Below the pieces are notes generated by a model. The model saw only the letters and a program-made list of their open reading frames with translations, was not told where the DNA came from and made no database searches. The translations under genes and the position numbers were made by a program. DNA of 64,000 nucleotides from Coraliomargarita sp. (lineage in GTDB: Bacteria > Verrucomicrobiota > Verrucomicrobiia > Opitutales > Coraliomargaritaceae), in contig OZ244160.1 of the NCBI GenBank assembly GCA_965216325.1, positions 1,632,001 to 1,696,000 of the forward strand. Reading direction: 5' to 3'. This document shows positions 61,557 to 64,000 of this stretch, piece after piece. Within the stretch, counting starts at the first letter, position 1. Each line of letters starts with the position of its first letter.

Positions 61557-62048
61557 CTACTTCGCAACATCCTCTAAAATCTGTTTTCGATCTTGAACAG
61601 TACCATCTGCCTGATCACTCAAATCCATCATCGAATCGATCGTGAAGTAAGCCAGCGCACCTGCAGCCAGCGCAAATACGACCACGATCACCGCAGCAAT
61701 CGCACCTACATCCCAAACAAAGCGCGACAGTGCGACCACCGACACCAGCACCAGTAGTCCAAAGACAATCCATGCCAAATAGTCCTTGGCCCACGGCTGG
61801 CTCATTTCGGGCACGATAAATACTGTCGTTATACTATAGGCAACAATTCCAACCGCCAAGGGCAGCACGATACCAATGATCGCGCCAACCATACCTTTTT
61901 TACTGCCAAAGACTTTTGACAAAAACCAAGCGACTACCAACGAGCCAAACAATGGCAATGACAGCATAATCGAAAAACGTTCTGAGCCGATCTCGCCGCC
62001 AAAAACGGACTCAAGTAACGCACGGGACACTTGCAAAACTTCACCCAT
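61557..62048 (-). CDS. Hypothetical polytopic membrane protein
   Basis: Four hydrophobic segments; start at 62048 or 62066. Confidence 0.65.
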   Translation of the reverse strand: MGEVLQVSRALLESVFGGEIGSERFSIMLSLPLFGSLVVAWFLSKVFGSKKGMVGAIIGIVLPLAVGIVAYSITTVFIVPEMSQPWAKDYLAWIVFGLLVLVSVVALSRFVWDVGAIAAVIVVVFALAAGALAYFTIDSMMDLSDQADGTVQDRKQILEDVAK

Positions 62049-62170
62049 AACAAAAAAGCCTATCAATTAGAGGAATGACTGAAAGATAAGAACTTACGTG
62101 GATTTGGCGATGCTAAAATACTTTAGTCAATACACTCACAAATACGCATGGACTGATTCTCTGGCAGCCC

Positions 62171-63115
62171 CTAGGCCAAACACTCTTGAACCCTAGCATA
62201 CAAACGCTCCAACTCGGGCATGGCCACGCCCTTGGCTTGCCCCCGCCGCAAGGGCTCACCCCAAAGTGATTCAACCTCAACGGCACGACCGTCTAAATAG
62301 TCGATAAGCGAGGAGGGCCGGTAAGCCCCCATCTTCTCAGTCACATCAAATTGGCCCTGCAAGAACTTATCGGAGATCTCGTGCCCATAGCATTTCGCCG
62401 CAGCACGCACTTCTTCCATCAACAAACGTGCCCGCTCCTTAAGGTCCGGATCCGAGAGAATCTTATCGGTGGTGATGCCACCCGCAGCAATCGAGAGTCC
62501 GTTGAACGGCACATTCCAGCAGAGCTTGCGCCAGAGCGCTCGCTCCAAGGACGGCGAAGTCGCACATGTGATTCCAGCAACTTCAAAGGTCTCAGTTGCG
62601 GCTTCAGCGAGCGGCTGCCATTCAGGCTTCAGACTGCCAATCTCGACACGCCCCGGCAGGTAGTTTTCGACCACACCGGACGCGGTGCGGTTGACACAAA
62701 CAAAGCACAAGGCCGCGAGCACTGGATTTGTTGGAAAATGCTTCATGAAGAACTCTGCGTTCCCCATACCATTTTGCAGGCTGAGAATAATGGTGCGCCC
62801 TGGCGCAACCAGCACACGTAAGCTCTCGACCAAGGCTTCATTAAAAGTGGTCTTGGCCGCAATGAGCACACAGTCCACTGCGCCAATGACTTCAGCTGAG
62901 TCCACAACCTGTGCAGGGACAATAGTCTCTGCAGAAAGCAGTTCACCCGAGCGCGGATCCATCATCCGGATCGTAATACCCTTATCTGCCAGCGTCTGAG
63001 TTTCCGAGCGGCCCAGCACATGCATCGGCACGCCACTCTTAGCCAAGAGCCCACCATAATACAGGCCAATCGCCCCTGGCCCAACCAGTGCCCACGATTG
63101 CTTACTTGTTGTCAT
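62171..63115 (-). CDS. panE: 2-dehydropantoate 2-reductase (ApbA/PanE family)
   Basis: GPGAIG..YG, KT, LQNGMG, WRKL.WN..FN, SSL.D...R..E.E. Confidence 0.88.
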   Translation of the reverse strand: MTTSKQSWALVGPGAIGLYYGGLLAKSGVPMHVLGRSETQTLADKGITIRMMDPRSGELLSAETIVPAQVVDSAEVIGAVDCVLIAAKTTFNEALVESLRVLVAPGRTIILSLQNGMGNAEFFMKHFPTNPVLAALCFVCVNRTASGVVENYLPGRVEIGSLKPEWQPLAEAATETFEVAGITCATSPSLERALWRKLCWNVPFNGLSIAAGGITTDKILSDPDLKERARLLMEEVRAAAKCYGHEISDKFLQGQFDVTEKMGAYRPSSLIDYLDGRAVEVESLWGEPLRRGQAKGVAMPELERLYARVQECLA

Positions 63116-64000
63116 AGCTTCGCGCACAACTGGAGTCCTTGAGCTCGTTTGACTTCTCCGGATAGTCCAGCGTGCAGTGCAAGCCACGGCTTTCCTTCCT
63201 CTGCAAAGCGCAGTCAACAATGAGGCCCGCCACCAGGATCATATTACGAAGTTCCAGCAAGCTGGCGTCGACCTTGTAGTTCCAGTAATAGTCATTGGTC
63301 TCACGATCCAAATTTTGGATACGTGTGCGCGCACGCTCCAATCGCTTGGTTGTACGCACGATACTGACATAGTCCCAAAGCGTCCGCTTCAGCTCGTCGC
63401 AATTGTGCGACACCACGACACGCTCATCCGAATCACCCGCATCGCCCGGAGTCCATTGTGGTAGTTCCGCCTGAGCAAACTCGCGGGAGTTCACATAAGT
63501 GATCACTGACTTCGCTGCACGGCGCGCCATCACAACAGCCTCGAGCAAAGAGTTGCTGGCGAGACGGTTCGCTCCGTGTAGACCGGTGCAGGTCACCTCG
63601 CCACAGGCGTAGAGCCCCGGCAGCGATGTCTGACCATCCAGATCGGTTTTCACACCACCGCAGAGATAGTGCGCCGCAGGCACCACTGGAATCATGTCTT
63701 TCTCAAGATAAATGCCGCGCTTGGCACAGAAATCGTAGATATTGGGAAAGCGCTCGCGCAGCTCATCAGCCGACTTATGCGTGATATCCAACCACACGTG
63801 CGGGCTACCAGACTGCTTCATTTCCGAGTCAATCGCACGTGCCACAATATCGCGCGGCGCCAGATCCTTCCGCTCGTCGTAGTCGGCCATGAAGGCCTTG
63901 CCCTTGAAATTGCGGAGGATTGCACCTTCTCCACGCACCGCCTCGGTAATCAAGAAGCGGTCGCCCTCAACCGAGTAAAACGCCGTCGGGTGGAACTGGA
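63102..64000 (-). CDS. nadB: L-aspartate oxidase (5' end lies beyond the window)
   Basis: QFHPT, TEAVRGEG, LAPRDIVAR, PAAHYLCGG, GLHGANRLASNSLLE, ESRGLH. Confidence 0.93.
   Translation of the reverse strand, partial: QFHPTAFYSVEGDRFLITEAVRGEGAILRNFKGKAFMADYDERKDLAPRDIVARAIDSEMKQSGSPHVWLDITHKSADELRERFPNIYDFCAKRGIYLEKDMIPVVPAAHYLCGGVKTDLDGQTSLPGLYACGEVTCTGLHGANRLASNSLLEAVVMARRAAKSVITYVNSREFAQAELPQWTPGDAGDSDERVVVSHNCDELKRTLWDYVSIVRTTKRLERARTRIQNLDRETNDYYWNYKVDASLLELRNMILVAGLIVDCALQRKESRGLHCTLDYPEKSNELKDSSCARSYDNK

Overview
Mostly core-genome chromosome of a moderately GC-rich bacterium. Gene content and repeat style suggest Verrucomicrobiota (Opitutia/Coraliomargarita-like); this is an inference, not a database result. 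About 55 CDS cover cell wall and shape (murA, mreBCD, mrdA), DNA repair and recombination (ruvB, ruvC, mutS, uvrC, recJ, nth, holA, an FeS-type photolyase), translation, secretion (secDF, yajC) and central or cofactor metabolism (acnB, accD, folC, menA, panE, nadB). No rRNA, tRNA or CRISPR array was seen. The unusual content is mostly intergenic. (1) A 1,156-nt group IIC intron (7980-9135, minus strand) has a recognisable ribozyme, but its protein has lost nearly the whole RT core. It is inserted directly after the acnB terminator and sits inside an inverted REP-like pair. (2) A RAYT (Y1 HUH) transposase is flanked by two REP doublets. Related GTAG hairpins with covarying stems, and several other REP families, are spread through the window. 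(3) A divergent promoter pair carries two matching OmpR-type boxes. It links a two-component system to a secreted double-DUF1566 protein and an unannotated, frameshifted Ig-like gene. (4) A cytidylyltransferase is fused to a compact GHMP kinase. (5) mutS contains a patch of low third-position GC. Long palindromes, heptamer tandem arrays at divergent promoters and several decayed genes also occur.
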